Source: Myxococcota bacterium
GTDB taxonomy: Bacteria; Myxococcota_A; Polyangia; Nannocystales; Nannocystaceae
Length of the DNA stretch: 64,000 nucleotides
Direction: 5' to 3'
Assembly: GCA_039028615.1 (NCBI GenBank)
Contig: JBCCHT010000016.1
Coordinates: 1 to 64,000, forward strand
Position numbers and translations under genes: made by a program. Positions 41,647 through 51,200 of the stretch are shown here, piece by piece; the first letter of the stretch is position 1; each line of letters begins with the position of its first letter. A model generated the notes under the pieces. It saw nothing but the letters and a program-made list of their open reading frames with translations, was not told the DNA's origin and ran no database searches.

Positions 41647-42662
41647 TAGTTCCCGCCCTCTGTTCTCCGGCCTTCGCCGTTTCTGTCACTCGGCCCCCAG
41701 ATTTTCAGCTCCAGCCCGATCGTGGCCCGCGCGGAGACCGGACCGGGGACGAAGACCGCGGCGGCTTCGCCCGGGTCCGCGACCTGGAAGCCCGACCGCA
41801 GGATCGGCGCGGCGACCCGACCCCGGGCGAAGATGGCCAGCCGAGACGCCAGCGGCACGCGGAGCGCCGCGCTGGCGGTGGGGGCGATCCACGGCCCCAG
41901 TCCTGTCCGGGCGTCGGGGGCCCGCTGCCCGTCGCCGCGCATGGCACCCGCCTCGATGCCACCGCACAGGGGGACCTCGATCCGCGGCTGCCGAAGGCGA
42001 AGGCAGGCCCGCATCGTCGCCGCTCCCAGCATCACGCGGACGTCGGCCTCGGTCTGTTGTTCGGTCCGCGGGGTGACGAACAGCCCGCCGAGCTCCAGTC
42101 GAACACGCGGCCAGGCGAGGGCCATGTCGAGGGCGACCACACCGGAAAACAGCGGCAGCGCTCCCGTCTCCAGGCCGCCCTCGGCCGATGCGAACAACTC
42201 CGGTCGGCTCGCCTCCGTGGTCTTTTGCGGAGGCGAGGGCGCGTCAGCGCTCGGCCGTCGGTCGAGGGAGACCGCGGGCTCGACGGGTGCAGGAGGGACC
42301 TCGATCTGGGGCGGGGTCACCGGGCGCTCGGGTGCTTCGGTGCGGGTGACCGTCACCGGATCGATCGCCAGCGCGACCACCAGCGCGGTTACTCGAGCCA
42401 ACACTTTGCAGTCTTCAGCTTCGATGCGCCGTCGGTCCACGGTGGTGCCGCGTCGTACGTCGAGGTCGAGCGCATACCCGGTGGCGGTCGGGTGCACCGT
42501 CGCGCGGGCGTCGAGCCCCAGGTCGTCCGCCGGACCATCGAGGTGGCCCTCGATGAGCACGCGCACTCGATCCGAGTTCGGGCACTGCGGTGGGGCGCTC
42601 CACTCGAGCCCACCTCCGGCTGCCAACAGCCCACCGAGCGCGTACGCGACAACTCCCGTCAT
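41646..42662 (-). CDS. Exported protein: Cys-pair N-domain, Pro-rich linker, beta-strand-rich (possibly barrel) C-domain
   Basis: WSAPPQCP...C..LARVTALVVALAIDP, ending GLELKI. Its stop overlaps the ECF start (TAGTG). Paralogous to 42741..43727. Confidence 0.75.
   Translation of the reverse strand: MTGVVAYALGGLLAAGGGLEWSAPPQCPNSDRVRVLIEGHLDGPADDLGLDARATVHPTATGYALDLDVRRGTTVDRRRIEAEDCKVLARVTALVVALAIDPVTVTRTEAPERPVTPPQIEVPPAPVEPAVSLDRRPSADAPSPPQKTTEASRPELFASAEGGLETGALPLFSGVVALDMALAWPRVRLELGGLFVTPRTEQQTEADVRVMLGAATMRACLRLRQPRIEVPLCGGIEAGAMRGDGQRAPDARTGLGPWIAPTASAALRVPLASRLAIFARGRVAAPILRSGFQVADPGEAAAVFVPGPVSARATIGLELKIWGPSDRNGEGRRTEGGN
41660..41689 (-). promoter_or_regulatory. Putative autoregulatory ECF promoter type A
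   Basis: GTGACAGA-N12-CGGAGAACAG, ending 13 nt before the GTG of the fused ECF. Confidence 0.7.
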
Positions 42663-42740
42663 CGGACCGAGGGATGTCCTACCATGCCTCGCTCTTCGTC
42701 TCGCCCCAGACCGCGCGCCGACTGATAGAGTCGCTCGACG

Positions 42741-43727
42741 ATGCTCCTTTCGCTTGCGCTGGCCGTATGGGCGGAGGGAGACCCCTCCGCGGTCGGCGTG
42801 TCCTGGCGGAATCCAGACGGTTGCGCCAGCGCGGAAGAGGTGCGCGCCATGACCGAGGATTTCCTCGGTCGACCCCTGTCGGAGGCGGGCAACCGCGTGA
42901 CGCTCGACGCCGAGGTGACCCGCGATGGCGAAGGCTGGGCGCTGGACATGGTGGTGCGCACCGATTCGGGGGAGGATCGCTTCTCCGCGCATGCGTCCTC
43001 GTGCGATCCGTTGGTCGAGGCGGCGGCGCTCAAGCTGGCGCTGACCATCGACACCATGGCCGTCGTCGACGAGGTCGAAGTGCCGGGACGCGGCGAGCCG
43101 GAGCCGGAGCCCGTCGTGCGGTCGGAGCCCGAGCCGGCCGAACAACGCCCGACCGACGTCGTCGAGCCTGCGCCCGTACCTTCCGTCGAACCGCCGTCGC
43201 CTTCCGATCCTCCGGCCGAGTGGGACGTCGTGCTGGGCATTGCCGGGCTCGCCGGCTACGGCATCGTGCAAGGCTGGGGCGGAGGTCCCGAGTGGTCGGT
43301 GGGATTCGGTCGGGGCTGGTGGAGGATCGACCCGTATCTCGGCTACTCGTGGTCGCAGTCCGCCGCGGTGGGCTCCGACGGGGCGGGCGTCGCCCTGCAG
43401 ATGGGCGCGGCCGGGGTTCGTACGTGCGGGCGCCCGGCGGTGGGCCGCGTTGGTTTTCCCATCTGTGTGCTCGCCGAGGCCGGCGTGACCTGGGCTCGCG
43501 GCTATGGGCTGCCCGCCGTCGCGACCGCGGCCCGGCCTCGAGTCGTGGCCGGTGTCGCCCCCGGAGTTCGCGTCGCGCTGAGCCAGCGGATCGCGATGGT
43601 GTTCCGAACCGATGTGCTGCTCAGCGTGCTGCGCCCGCGCTTCGTCGTCGAAGGGCAGGGGGACATCTACACCGCCCCGATCTTCGCGTTTCGCGCGGGC
43701 TTGGGCCTGGAAATCACGCTGAAGTGA
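42741..43727 (+). CDS. Exported protein: Cys-pair N-domain, Pro-rich linker, beta-strand-rich (possibly barrel) C-domain
   Basis: WRNPDGC...CDPLVEAAALKLALTID, ending GLGLEITLK. Paralogous to 41646..42662. Confidence 0.75.
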   Translation: MLLSLALAVWAEGDPSAVGVSWRNPDGCASAEEVRAMTEDFLGRPLSEAGNRVTLDAEVTRDGEGWALDMVVRTDSGEDRFSAHASSCDPLVEAAALKLALTIDTMAVVDEVEVPGRGEPEPEPVVRSEPEPAEQRPTDVVEPAPVPSVEPPSPSDPPAEWDVVLGIAGLAGYGIVQGWGGGPEWSVGFGRGWWRIDPYLGYSWSQSAAVGSDGAGVALQMGAAGVRTCGRPAVGRVGFPICVLAEAGVTWARGYGLPAVATAARPRVVAGVAPGVRVALSQRIAMVFRTDVLLSVLRPRFVVEGQGDIYTAPIFAFRAGLGLEITLK

Positions 43728-43753
43728 CGGATTCATCCTCGCCTGCACATGAG
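43724..43753 (+). promoter_or_regulatory. Putative autoregulatory ECF promoter type B
   Basis: GTGACGGA-N12-TGCACATGAG, ending 5 nt before the GTG of the ECF gene. Confidence 0.8.
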
Positions 43754-43758
43754 CTGGT

Positions 43759-44343
43759 GTGTCGGCATTCACTGCCGTCGGCGACGAGACCGCGATGACG
43801 GTCTCCGAGCCGGATACACAGCGTTTCGAGCGTCTCTTCGCGCAGACGCACCGGTTCGTCTGGCGCTCGCTTCGGTACCTGGGCGTGCCCGCGGCGGAGG
43901 TCGAAGACGCGGCCCAGGAAGTGTTCATGATCGCCTATCGCCGACTGCCGGAGTACGAAGAGCGGGGCCTCGTTCAGGGGTGGCTCTACGGCATCGCGCG
44001 GGGGGTGGCGCGGAACCGAGGCCGCGCGCGGCAGCGTCGACTTCGACGTCATGCGTCGCTGGCCACCGAGTCGCAAGCGCAGCCGCAGGTCGAGACGGGG
44101 GTGTCGGAGGAGAGTGTCGACCGGGCCCGCGCGAGTCGGCTGATCCAGCAGTTTCTCGACGGCCTCAAGCCCAAGCTACGCGACGTGTTCGTGCTGGTGG
44201 AGCTCGAGCAGACCCGTGCCCCCGAGGTCGCCCAGCAGCTCGGGATCCCGCTCAATACGGTCTATTCTCGGCTTCGACTCGCGCGGGGCCACTTCCAGCG
44301 CTTCGTCGATGCCCACGGGGGCAGCGAGGAGTCCTCTTCATGA
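43759..44343 (+). CDS. ECF RNA polymerase sigma factor
   Basis: FVWRSLRYLGV, EDAAQEVF, GWLYGIAR, EVAQQLGIPLNTVYSRLRLAR. Confidence 0.93.
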   Translation: MSAFTAVGDETAMTVSEPDTQRFERLFAQTHRFVWRSLRYLGVPAAEVEDAAQEVFMIAYRRLPEYEERGLVQGWLYGIARGVARNRGRARQRRLRRHASLATESQAQPQVETGVSEESVDRARASRLIQQFLDGLKPKLRDVFVLVELEQTRAPEVAQQLGIPLNTVYSRLRLARGHFQRFVDAHGGSEESSS

Positions 44344-45083
44344 ACGACGACGCTCGGGCCTTGTTGGAGCAGTACCGCCGCGACTGTGAGCCGTCGTCGG
44401 AGGCCACGGCGAGCTTGCACCGACGGGTGTCGGAGGCCGTCGCTGCTCCGAGCACTGCGACGACGGCTGCGGGGACCAGCTCGTCGACGCTGGGCATCCT
44501 GATCGGCGGCGGCGTGCTGTTGTTGGTGTTGGGCGGCCTGTGGTTGGGGACCCGAGCAGAGCCGGACTCGACGCGGTCGGCTACACCGTCCGCGGCGGCG
44601 ATCGTCGATGCCCCGGCGCCCGAGCCCGCCGCCGAGCCGCCCGTGGTCGTGCCCTCCGCTGCCGAGGTCGCGGTGCCGCCCGTCCCGAGTCCTGCGCCCG
44701 AGTCCGAGCCGCCCGAGTCTGAGTCCGAGTCCGAAGCGACGCGTCCGACCGCGACTGCGCGCTCGCCTCGACGCACGCGTCGCCCGGCCCCTGCGCCACC
44801 GCCGTCCGCCGACACCCTGGCGGAGGAGACGCTGTTGCTCCGTCGCGCCCAGCAGGCGCTGAGCAAGGGCGATCCACGGCAGAGCCTGCAGGTGCTGGCG
44901 GAGCACGAACGACGCTTCCCTCGCGGTCTGTTGGTCAAGGAGCGGGGCTCGATGAGGGTCATCGCCTTGTGCCGCGCGGACGATCCGCGGGCAAAGACCG
45001 AGCTGACGAAGTACTTGCGACGCCATCCGGCCACGCCCTACCGCGACCGCCTGGAGCATGCGTGCGGGGAGCAAGAGGAGTGA
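44340..45083 (+). CDS. Putative single-pass anti-sigma factor with periplasmic TPR-like domain
   Basis: ATGA overlap with the ECF gene, one TM helix, Pro-rich linker, AEETLLLRRAQQAL...RRFPRG...ALC. Confidence 0.85.
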   Translation: MNDDARALLEQYRRDCEPSSEATASLHRRVSEAVAAPSTATTAAGTSSSTLGILIGGGVLLLVLGGLWLGTRAEPDSTRSATPSAAAIVDAPAPEPAAEPPVVVPSAAEVAVPPVPSPAPESEPPESESESEATRPTATARSPRRTRRPAPAPPPSADTLAEETLLLRRAQQALSKGDPRQSLQVLAEHERRFPRGLLVKERGSMRVIALCRADDPRAKTELTKYLRRHPATPYRDRLEHACGEQEE

Positions 45084-45109
45084 CGGAATTCCGGGCGCGT
45101 GCACATGAG
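45080..45109 (+). promoter_or_regulatory. Putative ECF promoter type B, upstream of lipoprotein 45116
   Basis: GTGACGGA-N12-TGCACATGAG: both boxes and the spacing are identical to 43724-43753. Confidence 0.8.
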
Positions 45110-45115
45110 GCAGCG

Positions 45116-46564
45116 ATGTGTCGCCGGGTCCCCACGATCGCCGTCCTATTGCTCTGCGCTGCGGGGTGCACGACCTCGGGGGGGTCGGTGGGCTCCATCG
45201 AGACGCTGACCAGCACCGCGGCCGAGGATGGCCCGGGCAGCGGGGAGACCGCGGGGGGCGGCAGTGGGCCGGGCGCGACCTCGGTGGCCGAGGAATCGTC
45301 GGCCTCCGCGTCGTCGTCCGCGACTTCGGCGACCGGGCCGAGCCTCGACGACACCAGCGGGACCACGGTCGGCAGCAACGACGACGGTCCCATCTTCGAC
45401 GTGGGCACCATTCCCGACGGGGGCAACACCTGCGGCGACGACTCGAGCGTGTCGTTCTCCACCATCTGGATCGCCTCGCAGTCGACGGGCACGGTGTATC
45501 GGGTCGATACCTTCACGGGGACGATCGAGGGGCGCTACTACACCGAGCCGAGCATGGGGCGGGGGTCGCCCTCGCGGACCTCGGTGAACCTTCAGGGGGA
45601 CGTCGCGGTGAGCAACCGGGCATCGGCGGGGGTCACCAAGATCGCGGGCTCGCTCGATCGCTGCGTCGATCTCGATGGCAACGGGACCATCGAGACCTCC
45701 ACGGGGCCCGAGGACGTGCTGCCCTGGGGTGAAGACGAGTGTGTGCTGTGGCACCGCGACTTCCCGGATGCCATCGCCAACAAGGGCGTTCGGCCCACGC
45801 AATGGGAGGCCGGGGTCGCGCCAGGCTTCCCCTGCGGAGACCCGAACCCTCGGCTGTGGGTGGGGTACCTCGCCACGGGAGAGGTGGCGAGGTTCGTGCG
45901 GCTCGATGGTAGCGACGGCGCCATCCTCGACACGGCCGAGGTCTCCGGGGTGTTCACCGACCACCCTCATCATCGACCCTACGGAGGGGTGGTCGATGCC
46001 GAGGGCGACCTGTGGGCGATCGGTCACGGCTCGGGGGACACGGGGCCGTTGCTGCACATCGACGCCGACACGCTGGAGGTCACGAACTACGGCAACCCCA
46101 TCGGCAGCTTCTATGGCCTGACGATCGATGCCGATGGCAACCCTTGGGCGTGCTCGCGGAACTTGGCGGCGACCCAAGCCGCGGTGTTTCGTTTCGACGC
46201 GGTGACCGAGACCTTCTCCGAGGTGCTGGTCACGGGCGGGGCCTCGCTGCGAGGCTGCGCCGCCGACGAAGCGGGGCGCCTGTGGGCCGCGGCGAACAAC
46301 CCCTGCGGGTTGGTCGAGATCGACATGGCCACGCAAACGCAGGTCGGCCCGCAGATCGAGCTTCCCGGCTGTGTGACTCCGGTCGGGGTGAGCATCGACG
46401 TCGAAGGCTATGTCTGGGTGGTGGATTCGGGGGGGGACCAGGCCTACAAAGTGGACCCGGTGACGCACAACGTGGAGATCCTCGTGGAGAACCTGATCAC
46501 GCCCTATACCTACTCGGACATGACGGGGGCCGGCCTGGGGCTGGTGTCTGGGCCGCAGGGCTGA
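45116..46564 (+). CDS. Lipoprotein with beta-propeller (Vgb/NHL-like) domain
   Basis: Lipobox AAGC, IWIAS, SPSRTSV, YTYSDMTG. Paralogous to 1933..3282. Confidence 0.8.
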   Translation: MCRRVPTIAVLLLCAAGCTTSGGSVGSIETLTSTAAEDGPGSGETAGGGSGPGATSVAEESSASASSSATSATGPSLDDTSGTTVGSNDDGPIFDVGTIPDGGNTCGDDSSVSFSTIWIASQSTGTVYRVDTFTGTIEGRYYTEPSMGRGSPSRTSVNLQGDVAVSNRASAGVTKIAGSLDRCVDLDGNGTIETSTGPEDVLPWGEDECVLWHRDFPDAIANKGVRPTQWEAGVAPGFPCGDPNPRLWVGYLATGEVARFVRLDGSDGAILDTAEVSGVFTDHPHHRPYGGVVDAEGDLWAIGHGSGDTGPLLHIDADTLEVTNYGNPIGSFYGLTIDADGNPWACSRNLAATQAAVFRFDAVTETFSEVLVTGGASLRGCAADEAGRLWAAANNPCGLVEIDMATQTQVGPQIELPGCVTPVGVSIDVEGYVWVVDSGGDQAYKVDPVTHNVEILVENLITPYTYSDMTGAGLGLVSGPQG

Positions 46565-46738
46565 GCTCGGCCGACCGGGGGCGGCGGAACCCATCGTACA
46601 TCTGCACACCCGCGCACGCGCATGCGATGGCCTTTTCGCACGGCGGGCGCGGCGGTCGACTCTCGAACTCCGCCAGCTCGCAGTGATACACCGGAGTCGG
46701 CCGGACGGGGGATCGACGAAGGGATGAGGGGAGTGCAG

Positions 46739-47623
46739 ATGCAATACTCGAAGCTGTTCACTACCGCGATGCTGGCCGCGACGATCTCGTGCGGAGACGA
46801 CGGGGGCGGGGCCGCGGGATCCGACGGAGCTGCGACCGAAGCCGACTCGGGGGAGTCGGGCGACGACGGGGCGACCTCGGCCGCGACCGCCATGGCCGAC
46901 GACGGCAGCACGGGCGAGCCCGAGCCACCCCCGCCGGGCATCGACTGCGCGGAGCCCTTCGACTACGAGGGGCGCCAGGGCTGCGTCGCCACGGTGGAAG
47001 GCATTCAGATCAAGTTCTTCCCCCTGCCCCCGGGTGAGTCGGTGGAGCACTTGGCCGTGTACTTCCACGGCGATACGGCGCCGGGCTGGTTCGACAACTG
47101 GGCGTTCCCCGAGGTCGTGGACTGGGCCGAGCCCAAGAACATCCTGACCCTCGGCGTGCTCTCGCCGGTCGAGGGCGGCAGCGGTCTGCCCGAGTGGGGC
47201 GAGTCGCAGCCCCCCGATGCCGAGGCGGTCGCGGCCGCCATCGAGGCCTTCGCCGACGCCTACGCGGCACCCCGCGAGGAGATCTTCTACTGGTCGACCT
47301 CGGGCGGCTCGTGGTTCTTCACCAGCTCGTACATCCCGGTGGCGGGGGGCCGCTTGCCCGGGTGGTTCGCGATCAGCTGCGGAGGCTCGGGCTTCTCGTA
47401 CCCGTGGCAGTGGGACAACACCGACGCCGCCCTGCGCGGCCGCATCTCGATGTTCCTCAACTACGGCTCCGAGGATTTCCTGGCCGACTTCGCCAACGAC
47501 AGCTTCCTCGAGTACCAGGGGCTAGGCTTCGACATCGAGCAATTCGTGCACGAAGGGGCGACCCACTGCGCCCACCCGATCGACGGCCCGACCCTCGAGT
47601 ACTGGGATCAGTTCGTCGACTGA
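46739..47623 (+). CDS. Lipoprotein with alpha/beta-hydrolase (esterase-like) fold
   Basis: Lipobox TISC, YFHGD, WSTSGG elbow, YGSED, HCAH. Confidence 0.65.
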   Translation: MQYSKLFTTAMLAATISCGDDGGGAAGSDGAATEADSGESGDDGATSAATAMADDGSTGEPEPPPPGIDCAEPFDYEGRQGCVATVEGIQIKFFPLPPGESVEHLAVYFHGDTAPGWFDNWAFPEVVDWAEPKNILTLGVLSPVEGGSGLPEWGESQPPDAEAVAAAIEAFADAYAAPREEIFYWSTSGGSWFFTSSYIPVAGGRLPGWFAISCGGSGFSYPWQWDNTDAALRGRISMFLNYGSEDFLADFANDSFLEYQGLGFDIEQFVHEGATHCAHPIDGPTLEYWDQFVD

Positions 47624-47629
47624 GGCCTG

Positions 47630-47657
47630 GTGCCCGCGAGGAGTCACTCGCGGGCAC
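47630..47657. terminator. Hairpin between convergent genes
   Basis: GTGCCCGCGAG-gagtca-CTCGCGGGCAC, an 11-bp perfect stem with no U-tract. Confidence 0.6.
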
Positions 47658-47664
47658 GGCCTGC

Positions 47665-48222
47665 TCACTCTTCCTTGGGAGGTGAGTCCCAGTCGGCAAA
47701 GGACTCGCCTTTGTCTCGGGACAGGATGTCGATGGCGGCTGCGGCCCCATCGCCGGCCGAGATGATCGCCTGGCTGCGACCCGGCCGGGCGAGCCGGCCC
47801 ACGACGTAGACTCCTTCGACGGCGGTGTGGCCGTTGCGGTCGGCGGCGATGCCCGTGGCCTCGTCGTGCTCGAGGCCGAGCGACGTGGCCAAGCGCGGGC
47901 TCTTCCCCTCCGAGAGCACGACGTAGCGGGCAGCGTGAGACTCTCCGCCCTCCGTGGTGACGGTGAACCCGGACTCGGCCTTGGCTACGGCGTCGACCCG
48001 TGCTTCGCGAATCTCACCGCCGAGGTCCGTCACCTGCAGGCGTGCGATCTTCTGGAACTCGCTGCCGTGCATCTTCGGGATGCCCAGGTAGTTGTAGAGC
48101 ATGGCCCAGTGCATGGCCGTCTTGTCTTGGCCGAAGACGATGACCTTCTTGCCGTTCTTTGCGAGGTAAAGGGCTGCGCTCAGGCCCCCGGGGCCGTCCC
48201 CTACTACGACTGCGTCGATCAT
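47665..48222 (-). CDS. Short thioredoxin-reductase-like FAD-binding protein
   Basis: VVGDGPGGLSAALYL, NYLG, TAVEGVYVVG, QAIISAGDG. No NADPH domain and no CxxC. Confidence 0.85.
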   Translation of the reverse strand: MIDAVVVGDGPGGLSAALYLAKNGKKVIVFGQDKTAMHWAMLYNYLGIPKMHGSEFQKIARLQVTDLGGEIREARVDAVAKAESGFTVTTEGGESHAARYVVLSEGKSPRLATSLGLEHDEATGIAADRNGHTAVEGVYVVGRLARPGRSQAIISAGDGAAAAIDILSRDKGESFADWDSPPKEE

Positions 48223-48277
48223 GCATGGGAGTTTTGCACGGGTCCGGGCCAGGTGAAAGGCGACGGGCCCGCCGTCG

Positions 48278-51200
48278 TCATGTCTCGGAGCCCGGGCCCG
48301 TCTCCAGCTCGGTGGCGAGGGCTTCGATCGTGCGACGGCGATCGGGGCGAGCCCGCCGACCGAGGCGGCGTAGCGTGGGCACGATGTCCGGGCCGTAGGC
48401 CACGATCGCTTCGTGGGCGGTGTTGCGGATGGCGAGCTCGCGGTGCTCGAGATACTCGAGCATCGTAACCAAGGCCGGTTCGTACTTGCCGTGGCCGAGG
48501 CTCTTCATCAGCTGGCCGATGACGTCCTTGCGCGACTCCATCGCGAGCGCACGGGCGGTGGCGGGGAGGGTGACCTCGCGGGGAGCGACCTTGCGGAGGG
48601 CGCGGAGGGCCGCGCTGCGTACGGGAGGGCGTCGATCGGTCACGAGAGGGTCGAGGCGCGCGATGGCTCGTTCGCCATACTCGGTCAGCGCATGCACGGC
48701 CCGCACGGCCAGGCCCTTCGCGACCCCCTTTTCACCGATTAGAGCGACGAGGCCATCGAGGTCTCGCCCGGCCAGAGGATCGTCGGGGTCCCCTTCGTCG
48801 GTGGTGAGCTCCTCCGGCGACGGTTGGGTTCGGAGTCGCGCGACTTCGTCGGGGTATCGCTCCTCGAACTCTTCGATCAGCGCGCGCGTGGGCAGTGCGG
48901 CGGAGGAATGCAGGAGCCCGAGGAGTCGCGGGTCGCCGTGCCGAGCCCGTCGGCGAGCGAGCGGGGGGAGCAGGTCCTGCCCATATCGCCGCAGCAGCGG
49001 CTCGACGTCGGCATCGCCGGCGTCCCACGCTTCGATCCACGCCGACACGAGCGTTCGCAGGCGGTGAGGAGGTACGTGGGCCACGAGGGCCGCGGCGCGC
49101 TCGCGTGCCCCTTTGTCGGCCGGCCACGCGGCGAGGGAGGGGGCCAGCTCGGTGCGATGCGGGCTGCTCAGCGTGATGCGGCCCCGCAGGTAGGCGTCGA
49201 AGATCCGGGGGCGGGCGTCGGTGGCATCGGGCCAGTTCAGCAGCTGCGCCGCGGCTCGGTCGCGCTCGGCGGAGACGTCCGAGTCGAGCATGGCGAGGAG
49301 CTCGCGCTGACGATCGGCCGACGGCAGCGTGGGGCGACGAGGCGGGGTGGGCTCGAGTTCGTCGTTCGGGGGCAGGTGCAGCGGTCGGGACTCGAGCGTT
49401 GCCGCCAGCCAGCTGCGTCGGCGCTCCGAGGTCCAGGTATGAAACTCGAGGCTCTGCTCGCGAAGCTCCGTCAGCGCGGTGGCTTCGCGCTCTCGTTCCG
49501 CGGGAATCTGGAGCGTACGTCGCAGCAACGCCGCGATCTCGTCGCTCGCCGCCGGGCGCACGCGACAGTGCTCCAGGCATTGCCACAGGTCTTCTCCACC
49601 CCGAATCGCACCCAGGCGACCCAGCAGCTCCCAGCGACGTCGTCCGCCGAAGTCGGGCGAGGGCTCGAGCGCGCGTAGCACCCGGGCCGACCGCAGCCTG
49701 CGGTGCGCGGCGACGGAGCCGAGGGCCAGGTGGTGCTCGATGAACTTCGCGGCCGCGCCCGAGCTCGGGGCCATTGCTCGCTCGAGGAGGTCGAGCAGTG
49801 CATCGCCATGCTCGATGCTCACCGGATCGGCGGCATCGAGCACCACCGCGAACGCGTCAGCGGGGACCGGGTCTTCGTGCTTGAGCCATGTGATCCAGTC
49901 GGCGAGCCCCGCACGCACGACCTCGCGAATCTCGGCCTCGTTGTCGTCGTTGCGTTCCTCCACCAGCTGCCGGGCGGCTTCGGCGGAGAACCCCTCGATG
50001 CGGAGGCGCTGGCCGGGCTCGTCTCGCTCCGGCGGCGTGGGGCGGAGCGATGCCCGGTGGAGTCGACGAGCCAGCGTGGTCGGGTCGCCATCGGCGAGCC
50101 GCAGGCGACCGGTCAGGCAGCGCTCGAGCAGGTCGGCGTGGATCGGCTGTGAAGAACGGGCGAGCCGGAGCGCAGCGGCCATGGGCAAGCGCCCCTCGAG
50201 CACCTGGCACAGAAGGCCGATGCGGCGGGCTTCGGTCTGCCGCTCGATCGCTCCCACGATGACGGCGACCAGGCTCGGCCCCGCGGCGCGCACGAGGGCA
50301 CCGACCAAGCCCTGGCGCAGGCCGGGGTTGTCGTGGTGCGCCAGCCAGCCCACCAGCGTCGGCACGGCGCGCGCGCTGGCGATGCGGGACAGCGCCTGCG
50401 CGGCTTCCTTCTTCACGATCATCTGCGGGTGCGAGAGTGCGGCCAGGACCATGGGCTCGGCCCACTGCGCGTTCAGTGATGCGACCGCGGCCAGGGCCTG
50501 CGTCACGATCCGCGGCTCGTCGCTCTGCACGAGCCGGCACAGCGACAGCTCGAGGCCCCGCGCTCGTTCCCCCGCCGCCAAGATCGTCTCGATCGCGGCG
50601 CGCCTCACTTCGCGGTGCCCGTGCCGCCACAGCGGGATGATGGTGCGCAACACCGTACTGCTGGGATCGTGGCGCCCGAGGGTCTCGAGCAACGCCACCA
50701 TGATCGGCGGCGTTGGCTCTTCCGCCAGCCAGCCGCAGACCATCCGCAGGACCAGGTCGCGGCCGGTCTCGGGGGTGTCGTCGATGAAGGGCCGCACGTG
50801 TCGACCGTCGGCGACGAGGTAGCGGCCGTAGCGGAAGATCATCTGCTCCAGCTCGGGCATGGCGAGCCGCTTGATGGAGAAGTCGCCGGCCAGGGCCTTG
50901 CCCACGTACTCGCGGAACTGCTCGCGGAACAACGCCTCGATGCGATCGGCGAAGCGGTCGTCTCCCGACTCGATGAGCAGCTCGAGCCGTTTCAAGCGAT
51001 CCAAGCGGTGCGCGTCGCTGGACTCCCAGGGCGGCTCGGCCACGAGCTGCGCGACGGTGGCATCGCGTCGCTGCAGGAAGGTGCGACCGAGCAGGCCCGA
51101 GTCGTGAGGTCCCAGGGCTGTGCTCAGGCGCTGCGGGAGGGTGGGGCGCTCCCGCGTCAGCGCCCACAGGGCCGGGAGTATCCGCGTGCGGAGCCGGGGA

